Origin: an uncultured virus (IMG/VR IMGVR_UViG_3300029911_000018) | Taxonomy: Duplodnaviria > Heunggongvirae > Uroviricota > Caudoviricetes | Reading direction: 5' to 3' (one strand) | Virus record (IMG/VR): IMGVR_UViG_3300029911_000018 | DNA length: 64,000 nt | Part shown: piece after piece, positions 1-8,362 of the stretch | How positions within the stretch are numbered: position 1 is the stretch's first letter | Layout: each line of letters starts with the position of its first letter | The notes under the pieces: model-generated | Told to the model about the DNA's origin: nothing | The model's database searches: none | Seen by the model: only the letters and a program-made list of their open reading frames with translations | Made by a program: the position numbers and the translations under genes

Positions 1-270
1 GTCTGCCGTGGATTTGCACCCTTGGCGAAAACGTAGCTGTCAATCTTCTCAACGACTCGCGTAACCAAATCCTTTTCTTCCATGGGGTTCTCCAAAACCT
101 ATGGCGGTTTACGGACTCCGCCAAACGACCTGACTTATAGCTCAGGCAGCGTTCCGGCAGCTAACGGGTCGCCGAACGGACTCGGCCAGTTTAACCACAC
201 TGGCATGGAGTGCTGAGTTCCCACATCCAAACAACGGGGCATTTGGTACCCCATGTGGTTCATCAGCAAT

Positions 271-347
271 TGGTTGCGGAACTCGGCCCCGACCCGAGCG
301 GTTTCTAGCTTATGAGGCTAGTGAGACTCCCTTTCTCCATTTCCGCG
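271..347 (-). tRNA. tRNA-Met(CAT), initiator-like, atypical T-loop
   Basis: Cloverleaf CGCGGAA...TTCCGCA-A-CCA with C1:A72 mismatch; anticodon arm CTAGC-CTCATAA-GCTAG; T-loop GTCGGGG is non-canonical. Confidence 0.75.
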
Positions 348-471
348 TCTTGTTGTGTGGACTTTGCCTACCACACAGATTTCATTTCCTCTGCTCACAA
401 TACATCGAACAGAAGTGGCGTTCATCAAACGCCGTACTCGTTGTGAAGGGCTGCTTGCAGGTCAGGCTCAG

Positions 472-684
472 CTATTCCCGCAACCTCACAAGGCGCGGAT
501 CATCTTCTGCATTATCAACCAGCTTTGCGCGAGTCTGCGGTCCGTCCTCCACATTCTGCATCCTTCTTCCATGCATCCCGCTCGCAATCAGAAGCCGCCT
601 AAGCTCCCTCCATTGCTCAAGCTCTTGGAGGTCTATTCTTGGGTTCTTCCGGACAATTTCTTCGAGATCAATCTTTGACGGCAT
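472..684 (-). CDS. hypothetical protein (start MPSKIDLEE)
   Basis: AGGAG RBS before ATG at 684; the longer ORF start overlaps a tRNA-like element. Confidence 0.6.
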   Translation of the reverse strand: MPSKIDLEEIVRKNPRIDLQELEQWRELRRLLIASGMHGRRMQNVEDGPQTRAKLVDNAEDDPRLVRLRE

Positions 685-716
685 AACGTTGCTCCTGTCG
701 TTACATAAAGGGTCAT

Positions 717-791
717 CGACCGCGTGACGGACTTGAGCCGCCATATCCTACCTCTCAGCGAGATAGTCGCTTTAATTAAGCTACCACGGTC
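717..791 (-). tRNA. atypical tRNA-like RNA with 9-nt anticodon loop
   Basis: Acceptor GACCGTG/CGCGGTC, D arm GCTT..AAGC, stem CTATC/GGTAG closing TCGCTGAGA, T arm GGCGG-CTCAAGT-CCGTC. Confidence 0.55.
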
Positions 792-875
792 AAACTTTGA
801 AGGCCGTCTGATGGATTACTCTACCATCAACCATCGCATTACCGACGCGGCGGGTAGGTGCGCTGAACAACGGCC

Positions 876-959
876 TTACTTGGTACAATCCTTCGCGTGT
901 TGAGTACGCTTCCTCTTAGAGGGTACTTTCTTTCCGCAAAAACCGCAAGTGTACTTCAT
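876..959 (-). CDS. 27-aa putative zinc-finger microprotein
   Basis: MKYTCGFCGKKVPSKRKRTQHAKDCTK (CxxC..H..C), AAGGA RBS. Confidence 0.55.
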   Translation of the reverse strand: MKYTCGFCGKKVPSKRKRTQHAKDCTK

Positions 960-983
960 CACGCTTCCTTCTCAAATCAAACT

Positions 984-1060
984 TGGGCGCGGGGGCTGGA
1001 TTCGAACCAGCGACCTGAAGGTTATGGGCCTTCCGAGCTACCAGACTGCTCCACCCCGCA
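984..1060 (-). tRNA. tRNA-Met(CAT), fMet-like body
   Basis: TGCGGGGTGGAGCAGTCTGGTAGCTCG..GAAGG-CCCATAA-CCTTC..GTTCGAATC..CCA. Confidence 0.9.
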
Positions 1061-1220
1061 TATCCGGGTTCGACATTAGTCTACCCGGCTCAGAGACTTG
1101 CCTCGAATACCGCTACTTGATTTAGCTACACACAGGCCACTAACCCAAGACAGTCGATTTGATACTTCATTCAGAGGGTCGCTCTACACACATAATACTC
1201 AAAGTCAGCTAAGTTGGCTA

Positions 1221-1727
1221 CTAAATTTTTTCGCCCTTAGCTTTCTCTTCTTCTGCTACTTCCTCATTATACTTCAAACGCTGGGCAAGTTCCTTATCCA
1301 CCCACGCAATTTCCTGTGGAAATTCTTTAAATTGTTTACGAGCCTCAGCGAGTGTCATCTTCCAAATCGGTTGAACCGTACCAACCCCACCGACATCCTT
1401 GTTCTTCCAAACCCACTGGCAGAAGGGGCTTTCTACCCAACAATGCCAATAGGTTCCTAAATCGTCACCCCAGTAGTCTTCCAACTTACAGGGCTCATCA
1501 TCCGGTTCGTCTCCCCACTTGCGTTCCCAATTACAAATGAACTTGGGAAGCTTCACATGTGAGAGCCATTCGCATATGTGGGTGCAACAATCCCACGCAA
1601 AAAATTCAAGTGCAAGCCAGTACCAAGCACACTCTTCCAAATGGATAGAGATTTCAGTGTCTTCGCCTGTGCCCCCGCCGAGCCAGAGACCTGACCAGCG
1701 ACGTACTCTCCAGTTGAACAACTTCAT
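1221..1727 (-). CDS. hypothetical protein
   Basis: 168-aa ORF in the minus-strand gene run. Confidence 0.6.
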   Translation of the reverse strand: MKLFNWRVRRWSGLWLGGGTGEDTEISIHLEECAWYWLALEFFAWDCCTHICEWLSHVKLPKFICNWERKWGDEPDDEPCKLEDYWGDDLGTYWHCWVESPFCQWVWKNKDVGGVGTVQPIWKMTLAEARKQFKEFPQEIAWVDKELAQRLKYNEEVAEEEKAKGEKI

Positions 1728-1832
1728 GGTTGGTTATTCCTTTCGGGGTACATCTTCTTCTCGGCGACTTGAAAGTTGAAAACCTTCCTTCCGATTTTCA
1801 CCGTCCCGAACGGTACGCTCTGCCAGACTGAG

Positions 1833-2051
1833 CTACACCCCGATTAACCTCTTCGCATCTTCCGCCGCGTCGATGTCCTCCCAAGCCTTCGCTTGAAAGC
1901 AGTCGTCGCAGTCCACCTTCGTCTCCACAGTGTCAATCTCATGCGTGGTCACCCCTGTGCGGCCACAGTAGGTGACATGCAGCGTGGTGGGCATCCTGTA
2001 CAGACCCTCGGTCGCCATCCCTGTGTAACGTTTGCGTGATAGATGCATCAT
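1833..2051 (-). CDS. hypothetical protein
   Basis: Abuts the stop codon of the release-factor gene. Confidence 0.55.
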   Translation of the reverse strand: MMHLSRKRYTGMATEGLYRMPTTLHVTYCGRTGVTTHEIDTVETKVDCDDCFQAKAWEDIDAAEDAKRLIGV

Positions 2052-2712
2052 TTACCAAATCCCCCGTACGTAGTTTGAGTACGTCCAAACCTGTCCAGTC
2101 ACGTGGTCTGTGACCTTCCCATCCTGCTCCCGGATAGTGCGGCGTTTATCCCCCCGCTGGCCGGTGCCTATCTGCTGGCGACGGTCGGCTACTTCCTTGC
2201 CTACCTTTGCCTCTCGCTCCAACGCTTCCAGCTTAGCACTCAGGATGATGAGAGCCAACTCTTTATTACGATACTGACTGCGTTCCGCCTCACAGCGCAC
2301 CATCAACCCGCTTGGAAGATGATGAACCCGAACTGCGGTTTCAACCTTATTGACGTTCTGCCCACCCTTACCACCACTTCGCATTGTGTCCCATTCAAGG
2401 TCTTTGGGGTCGATGCTGAATGTTGTGGTTACCCTCTCTTCAAAGACGGCTACAGTGATTGTTGATGTCTGGCGTCGGCCTCGTCTTTCGGTCGGCGGGA
2501 CTCGTTGCCACCGATGACCTCCAGACTCATTAGCAAAGACCTGCTCAACGTCTTTCCCCGTTACGCGGAATACTGCAATACCGGGTCGCGTCTCAAGAAT
2601 CTCAACGCTAAAGACCCCTCCGCTGACCCAGCCTTGCATAAATAGCCAACTGGTCAGCCACTAGAAGCTTGGCGTCATCGCCACCTTCTGCTGCTCGAAT
2701 TTCAACAATCAT
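2052..2712 (-). CDS. class I peptide chain release factor (RF1-like, lacking domain 1) with programmed +1 frameshift at 2608-2613
   Basis: Frame 0 MIVEIRAAEGGDDA..RRGL then CTT-TAG-C preceded by GGAGGGGT; +1 frame has E.G.HR.QRVPPTE.RGR.QTST and GGQNVNK. Confidence 0.9.
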
Positions 2713-2725
2713 ACTGCCTCCAAAG

Positions 2726-2802
2726 TGGTTCAGGGAGGTGGACTCGAACCACGCTATTCGTTCGACCTTATGAGGGTGAACGCCATACCATCGGACCCCT
2801 GT
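2726..2802 (-). tRNA. degenerate tRNA(CAT)
   Basis: CTCATAA loop, GTTCGAGTC T-arm, CCA end; D arm poorly formed. Confidence 0.55.
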
Positions 2803-2981
2803 GTAATCTGCATGGCCCCTTGGCGGGGCCATAAGCGCCCTAGACTTTCGTCCTCGGCACCGTTCGTCGCAACACTCAATAGCGTCCAACTATTGAGCAC
2901 GGTATCAGCATGACTTAAATCCAACGCCCTCTGGATGAAGGCTGCACGAATTCAGCGGTCGGTTGCTGGCCTACGTTAAAT

Positions 2982-3059
2982 TGGTCGGGGTGGAGGGATT
3001 TGAACCCCCGATACCTTGCTCCCAAAGCAAGTGCGTTAGCCAGACTACGCTACACCCCG
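2982..3059 (-). tRNA. tRNA-Pro(TGG)
   Basis: CGGGGTG..CTTGC-TTTGGGA-GCAAG..ACCA. Confidence 0.92.
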
Positions 3060-3176
3060 TTGAATTGCTGTGGGACTCAGACTCTAGGTGGGAACGACCC
3101 ACCGCACTGTACCCCGCTTGATAAGCAGTTGGCCGTTACCCTACTGAACCAGCACGCTCAGGCCACACAGCAAACT

Positions 3177-3252
3177 TGGCCCCCATGGTAGGAGTTGAAC
3201 CTACATCCCTCGGCCTCAACATGCCGGTGCTCTACCGTTGAGCTACATCGGG
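3177..3252 (-). tRNA. tRNA-Asn-like (GTT) with 8-nt anticodon loop
   Basis: Canonical D/T arms, G73-CCA, CGGC-ATGTTGAG-GCCG. Confidence 0.6.
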
Positions 3253-3266
3253 GATAAATCTAAACT

Positions 3267-3343
3267 TGGTCAGCCCGGAGAGATTCGAACTCTCGACCCC
3301 ACCCACCCCAAGGGTGTGCGCTACCAGACTGCGCTACGGGCTG
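3267..3343 (-). tRNA. tRNA-Pro(GGG)
   Basis: CACCC-TTGGGGT-GGGTG anticodon arm, CCA. Confidence 0.92.
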
Positions 3344-3366
3344 AAACTCTACAATACTACAAAACT

Positions 3367-3443
3367 TGGTCAGGGTGAGAGGATTTGAACCTCCGACTTC
3401 TCGTATCCGAAACGAGGACTCTACCAGACTGAGCTACACCCTG
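3367..3443 (-). tRNA. tRNA-Pro(CGG)
   Basis: CTCGT-TTCGGAT-ACGAG anticodon arm, CCA. Confidence 0.92.
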
Positions 3444-3455
3444 ATGGTAAAAACT

Positions 3456-3543
3456 TGGTCGGGGTGAAGGGACTCGAACCCTCAGTGCGCTTAAGCTCCT
3501 GTTTCCAAAACAGGTCGGCTACCATCTACCGATTTACACCCCG
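3456..3543 (-). tRNA. tRNA-Pro(TGG) with long variable arm
   Basis: CCTGT-TTTGGAA-ACAGG, extra arm GCTTAAGC, CCA. Confidence 0.85.
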
Positions 3544-3645
3544 ATACGACAACATGAACACCGGGGATGAGAAAGTGGAAATTAGGGAAGTTGGAAATCA
3601 ACCCTTCATCACATCCCGGCGTGGCCGCACGGGATGCTGAGGTCT

Positions 3646-3714
3646 CTAGTGGACTTCAGTCCCGTGCAACATAGGGCACGGTCGAAACGAACGGGTTGGT
3701 CGTGTGAAACTCAT
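3646..3714 (-). promoter_or_regulatory. leader peptide upstream of the tRNA-Pro array (probably leaderless mRNA)
   Basis: MSFTRPTRSFRPCPMLHGTEVH (CCA, CCG, CCT); ATG is 6 nt after TATTAT; alternative pairings and a C-rich tract downstream. Confidence 0.65.
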
Positions 3715-3850
3715 ATATACATAATACACAGAAAGTCGGTAAGTTCAAACACTATTTTTGAATATTCTCTATTTTCTTTTTCCACAGGTCGGGAGTATAC
3801 TCTGAACAGCAGGGTCATACCGACCCTCTGGATACCCATGGGAGGATAGT

Positions 3851-4111
3851 ATGAATCTTGAAGACTTCAAAAATCAACTGAGGATGGACATCCGGCGTAT
3901 GCAAGCCGCGTTGGCCGCACTCGAAGGATCAGCAATGGCGGAAACCCCGAAACTATCAGCAAAGACCAAAGAGAAGATTTCCAATAGCATGAAGGCAAAC
4001 TGGGCAGGTGGGCGGAAACGTACCTTATCCAAGGCTGTGAAGATCAAGATCGCGGCCTCACAACGTGCCCGTTGGGCGAAGCAGAAGGAAGCAGCAGCAG
4101 CGGCGGCGTAA
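3851..4111 (+). CDS. small basic protein with repeated KIS..K/R.RW motifs
   Basis: GGAGG RBS; paralog of 4282-4608. Confidence 0.75.
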   Translation: MNLEDFKNQLRMDIRRMQAALAALEGSAMAETPKLSAKTKEKISNSMKANWAGGRKRTLSKAVKIKIAASQRARWAKQKEAAAAAA

Positions 4112-4132
4112 CTTCTCTTAGGTCTTCTTACC

Positions 4133-4165
4133 ACCCCCACAGAGAGTACCTGTGGGGGTTATTTT
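4133..4165 (+). terminator. intrinsic terminator
   Basis: CCCCCACAG..CTGTGGGGG followed by TTATTTT. Confidence 0.75.
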
Positions 4166-4281
4166 ATCCCGTGTCCCTTTTTGACCATACGCCTCACCAA
4201 GCATTAAGTAGACTCCGAAATAACCCGTCGTACAACCTTAACTAGGGGGTTGCATCTGATGGGATTGTAAGAGGAGGATAC

Positions 4282-4608
4282 ATGGATTTTGACGACATTG
4301 TTAACGAACTCAGGGTTCAGCAGCGCCGGATCAATGCGGCTCTTGTTGCTCTTGTGGGGACGGCTCAGGCCGACGCTCCGGTAACACAACCTGCACCAAA
4401 GATCACTGCAACCCCCAACCACCGTACAACCCGTCGTTCTTCAATGTCTTCAGGAGTGAAGCGGAAGATTTCGCTTGCCATGAAGCAGAACTGGGCAAGC
4501 CGGAAGCCTAAGCTCAAGTTGTCGCCGGAAATCAAGAGCAAGATTTCTTCCTCACAGAAGGCACGCTGGGCGTCGATCAAGGCAGCGGCTCAACAGATGG
4601 CAGCTTAG
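4282..4608 (+). CDS. small basic protein, paralog of 3851-4111
   Basis: GAGGAGG RBS; shared AAL.AL.G and Q.ARWA motifs. Confidence 0.75.
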   Translation: MDFDDIVNELRVQQRRINAALVALVGTAQADAPVTQPAPKITATPNHRTTRRSSMSSGVKRKISLAMKQNWASRKPKLKLSPEIKSKISSSQKARWASIKAAAQQMAA

Positions 4609-4697
4609 CTGCTCATTCCACCAAAGTGGACTCTGACCTCCATGAGCAGCTTGCCGAGGATGTTCTCGCCTCGTGGCTCATGGGGGCCTTGCTTACA
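4605..4697 (-). pseudogene. duplicated 3' end of the NADAR gene
   Basis: CKQGPHEPRGENILGKLLMEVR vs CRQGPHEPEGLNHLGRILMEVR in 5212-5709. Confidence 0.8.
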
Positions 4698-4702
4698 TTA
4701 CA

Positions 4703-5164
4703 TTACAGAAACCGCGTCCACTCCCTCGACTTAAGCTGCCAACCCCTGTATGCCTTAATTTTCCCACTCGTAAGTTTGTGAAACTGACGGTAGCTGCTGC
4801 TGTTGATTCGACAAAATTCTTTCAAATTACTCATCTGCACTTCTATTCCATCTGGATTAGTCAAAGTGTAGGTAACTCGATGTTTGGCGTTATGTCTAGC
4901 CTTGTCACTAAGCTGAGTCCCCTTAGCGGGGCGATTTGCTTGCAGAGCTACAAGTGTGACGGCGGGGACGGGGAGCCCTTTGTGTGACTGAGAAAGACGT
5001 TTCTTTCGAGCACCTGAAATCTTTCGCCCCTTAAGGGCTAAGCTAATTTTCTTCCCCACTTCGGGGGAGCACGAACCGGGAGCAGATTCCGTGCGCTTGG
5101 GAGGAAGCGGGATGGATGCGGTCGCGGGAGTGATTTTTGTCCACTGATACATAACTAGCTCCAA
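4703..5164 (-). CDS. NUMOD3-motif protein (homing endonuclease DNA-binding part)
   Basis: KKISLALKGRKIS..KKRLSQSHKG; C-terminal YTLTNPDG..NLKEFCR..YRGW. Confidence 0.7.
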   Translation of the reverse strand: MELVMYQWTKITPATASIPLPPKRTESAPGSCSPEVGKKISLALKGRKISGARKKRLSQSHKGLPVPAVTLVALQANRPAKGTQLSDKARHNAKHRVTYTLTNPDGIEVQMSNLKEFCRINSSSYRQFHKLTSGKIKAYRGWQLKSREWTRFL

Positions 5165-5211
5165 GTATACAGGATGTATCCACCCCTACAATAAGGTGGA
5201 TAGTCGAGTTA

Positions 5212-5709
5212 TTATGCCTGTAATTCCCTTTTACTGTATGTAGAGTAGTATTCGCGAACCTCCATGAGAATCCGACCAAGGTGGTTCAATCCCTCCGGTT
5301 CATGTGGCCCTTGTCTACAAGTCCCATCACACACCCCGAAGAATAGGTCATGCCAATTATTTCCTTCCACCAACTCCGCTGTGAAGGTTGAGATGAGTTT
5401 CCGACGAAGAATAGTTGGGTAGAATTTCTGCATCAGCAAATCCCGCATGATGCCTATGTTCACTTCCTTCCAATCTGGCCGGAGCTTGCCACTGTCTGAA
5501 ATGGCCTTACCCATGCGCTTAGCCCGACCCGCCGTTACCCCGGCGTAGAGAAACTTCTCCCGCTCTTTCAAGTTGAGTGTTTTAGCGGCCTGATACGCAT
5601 GTTCGACTGAAGGATAGGTCACTTCATCCAACACCACACTGCATGGGTAAAAGTTGGAGAGAAACCCCCACGGGTCTTTAAAACGGTCAATCAAAACGGG
5701 CAGGTCCAT
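5212..5709 (-). CDS. NADAR (YbiA-like) family protein
   Basis: FLSNFYP..YPSVEHAYQAAK..LVEGN.W.D.FFG..N.LG.ILMEVR. Confidence 0.92.
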   Translation of the reverse strand: MDLPVLIDRFKDPWGFLSNFYPCSVVLDEVTYPSVEHAYQAAKTLNLKEREKFLYAGVTAGRAKRMGKAISDSGKLRPDWKEVNIGIMRDLLMQKFYPTILRRKLISTFTAELVEGNNWHDLFFGVCDGTCRQGPHEPEGLNHLGRILMEVREYYSTYSKRELQA

Positions 5710-6119
5710 TAGTTCTTCTTTCCTGCAAGGAGCCGGTCAATCTCTCCTGCGTCATCCACATCTTTTACAATACTATGAAACACACATAGTGCATCAGTGG
5801 CTGCTGTAAAAATTCTACATATCTGTGGTCGGTCATCATAAATAGTGCAACGACCGTTCGTCCCGAGCTTTGGACAAGTGAACCATACATGAGCCCGTGT
5901 CCCCTTATGTGTGTGCCCACCAACCTCCAAGGGAATGTAGGGTAGTTTCTCCCTACGCATTGCAGCCTCGGCGTCTTTACGCCAACTATCCACCTTCCAT
6001 GAGCGGTATCGACCAACAGGTGTGGTAAGCATGAACCTCTTGCAACAATGCCCCGGCTCCGGGCATACGCCACAGAGCCGATTAGCTTGATGGTCAATGA
6101 TTGGGAATAGGCTACTCAA
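5709..6119 (-). CDS. YkgJ-like cysteine-cluster protein
   Basis: CxxC..GHCC and CP.L...GRCTIYDDRPQICRIF. Confidence 0.8.
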   Translation of the reverse strand: MSSLFPIIDHQANRLCGVCPEPGHCCKRFMLTTPVGRYRSWKVDSWRKDAEAAMRREKLPYIPLEVGGHTHKGTRAHVWFTCPKLGTNGRCTIYDDRPQICRIFTAATDALCVFHSIVKDVDDAGEIDRLLAGKKN

Positions 6120-6489
6120 GGGCAGTGGCGACCTCGCTAAGGAATTCTTTTGAATCGATGGCCTTGTCCAGCACCTTCACGAGGTTCAGGGGCGGGTAGT
6201 TCTTCAAAACGTTACGTACAAACGAAGGGTCTGAAGAAAACATCAACACCCGCTGTTTGTCATTATTACGGAGCACTCGTCGCATCAACTCGGCTCCATC
6301 CATGTGAGGCATAGACCAATCGCTTAGGACGAGGGTGAAGCCGTCGTTTGACCCACGGTAGGTTGCAAGCCCCTCAACCCCGTCCTGAGCCTCTACAACG
6401 TCAAAACCAGCCCCTTTAAGGATGGTTCCGAAATACTCCCGGCAGTTCTTGTCGTCATCCACTAAAAGTACACGAGTTGATAGATTCAT
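6112..6489 (-). CDS. single-domain response regulator receiver (CheY-like)
   Basis: VLLVDDD..A.DG.EGL..LVLSDWSMPHMDG. Confidence 0.9.
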   Translation of the reverse strand: MNLSTRVLLVDDDKNCREYFGTILKGAGFDVVEAQDGVEGLATYRGSNDGFTLVLSDWSMPHMDGAELMRRVLRNNDKQRVLMFSSDPSFVRNVLKNYPPLNLVKVLDKAIDSKEFLSEVATALE

Positions 6490-6638
6490 ATCCTCGGCCT
6501 CTTCAAAATAGCTTCACGCTGCTCCAGCGTCCAATACCCCAAGTCAAACTCTGCCTTCGTAATAGAGATGAATTTTGGTTGTTCATGTGCGTAGTTAAGT
6601 GAATAGCCTTCCCGGTCTTCTGTCACCCCCACGATGAA

Positions 6639-6857
6639 TCAACCCTTTCCTGTAGCCTTGACTCCCCGTGAACGGAGAGATGAATCCAGAGACTGTTCCT
6701 TAATAGCCGCGTCGGAGAACACCAGACCATACCTATCCCCAAAGATGGCGGTAGCAAGACGTACAGCCTTGTACATATCCCGGAGGTATACCATCTCTTC
6801 GTCAGTGAGGTGGTCACCCATGGCGAACGCTTGAATAAGAGCACGAGGTTCTTTCAT
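6639..6857 (-). CDS. hypothetical protein
   Basis: ATGA overlap with the upstream ORF. Confidence 0.55.
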   Translation of the reverse strand: MKEPRALIQAFAMGDHLTDEEMVYLRDMYKAVRLATAIFGDRYGLVFSDAAIKEQSLDSSLRSRGVKATGKG

Positions 6858-7197
6858 GCTCCATCCCGCTTCCCAGACTTTCCATCCGCAATACCGCGCT
6901 CGTAGGAGATTCGCATGGTTTGCTGAAGCACCATGTTAACGGCATCCCGAAGGCTCCGGCCAGCACCAAGCTCCATGAGAATGTAGCCGGTCCAATAGTT
7001 GAGCAACTCGACAAAAGACATCTCTTCCAGAGTCTTTTCGTGAGACGACTTACTTGCCTTTGGCATGGGTTCCCTTCTTGGCCTCGTTGACGGCCTTGGC
7101 GACAACACGAGTCGCCTTGGTGGTGTCACGACGGGCGTGCCCCTTGATGGGAGTGTTGCACTCAGCGCAGCGGGTGGATTTGGGCATCGTAAGTCTC

Positions 7198-7431
7198 CTA
7201 GTAGTTTTTGTGGGCGTCCCAGCCGCCACCTTCGTAGTCAATCTCTTCCTCGCGGTGTGAGAAACTACCCCGCAGGAGAGCCGCGTACTGCCCTGTTCGT
7301 TGTTCCTGCTTGACTGCCTTGCAGGATTTAGAGCAAAACCGAGCCCATCCGCGTTTGACATCAGCGAAACGAGCAGTGAAAGACTTACCACACTGCTTGT
7401 TCTCGCATTTACGCTCAACTCGCGTTGGCAT
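7198..7431 (-). CDS. small Cys-rich phage protein
   Basis: C...CGK.F..R.AD.KRGW.RFCSKSCK; GAGG RBS; promoter TATACT upstream. Confidence 0.7.
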   Translation of the reverse strand: MPTRVERKCENKQCGKSFTARFADVKRGWARFCSKSCKAVKQEQRTGQYAALLRGSFSHREEEIDYEGGGWDAHKNY

Positions 7432-7529
7432 CTATTACCTCACACACTCAGTATACCGGGAGTATAGAGGTTTTGGATAGTATTTTAGGGAATTTTTTTA
7501 TGGGTAGGTAGCAAAGCAAAGTCGCACCC

Positions 7530-7943
7530 TTATTTCAGCTTATCTCGTACAACCTTATCAGGTGACAACCCATCTTGCCGGTAGTCCTCTAATAGAGCCA
7601 GAGAGTAATCGGCGATAGTAGTGTTAGAGCAATCACCCCAAACCTCAATAATCAATTCGGCGACTCTTTTATACCACGCTATCTTATCCATCTCATTCCT
7701 GACTTCACGAAGCCTATGAATGAAGGAGCGTTTGTCCAGTTCAATAGCCCCAAGCATTACAGCAACGGCACGCCTTGGTCTGAGCAAATCGTAGTGAGGG
7801 AACGATGTCGGCTGGAACCATTGCCTCTTCATACCGATAGCATCCGCCATGGCGTGAAGCTCATCTATAGTATCCGCAATCATGTGGCAAGCATACTTCC
7901 ATCGGCCATACTGTACTTAACGGATTGGATCGACATAAACCAT
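7530..7943 (-). pseudogene. DUF4031 family gene with in-frame TAA at codon 9
   Basis: MVYVDPIR*VQYGRWKYACHMIADTIDELHAMA..IGMKRQWFQ..HYDL. Confidence 0.7.
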
Positions 7944-8362
7944 TAAGCAGGTATAAACGGCTGGTTCTTTTGTTCCCAGCCGTAGCAAAGATCACATTCG
8001 CAACAGAAGCCCTCTTCATCGTGCTCCTCGGCCAAATGTCCACATCTACAGACACGCCTGACGTATCGGGAGCATCCTGTGTCGTGTCCTCCCCGTAAAT
8101 CGCGTTCACATTCTCCGCACTCAAGCCCCACGTGTTCTCCGAAGATGGTTCACCCACACTTGTTTCGCAGCATCCCTCATCGCGTTACGAGTGTCAATGC
8201 AGCTATCGCAACCATAGCTTTTAGGCCCACCACCACATTCAGGACAACAGTCACAAGAGGGAATATCATCCTCAAAAGGGTCTCTGCAAAACTGACAAGC
8301 ACGTCTAATGGTCACCGGCATTTTTCTTATCCCTCACACTGTAAAATTCATTACCATGCATG

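Noticed and set aside
2052..2712. Stop-codon reassignment implied by the phage release factor, or identity as PrfH
   Set aside because: Long genes are intact in the standard code with all three stops used; no suppressor tRNA seen; PxT motif is RF1-type
2840..2910. Hammerhead ribozyme (CTGAT...GAAA)
   Set aside because: Core CUGANGA is absent; GAAA is a tetraloop
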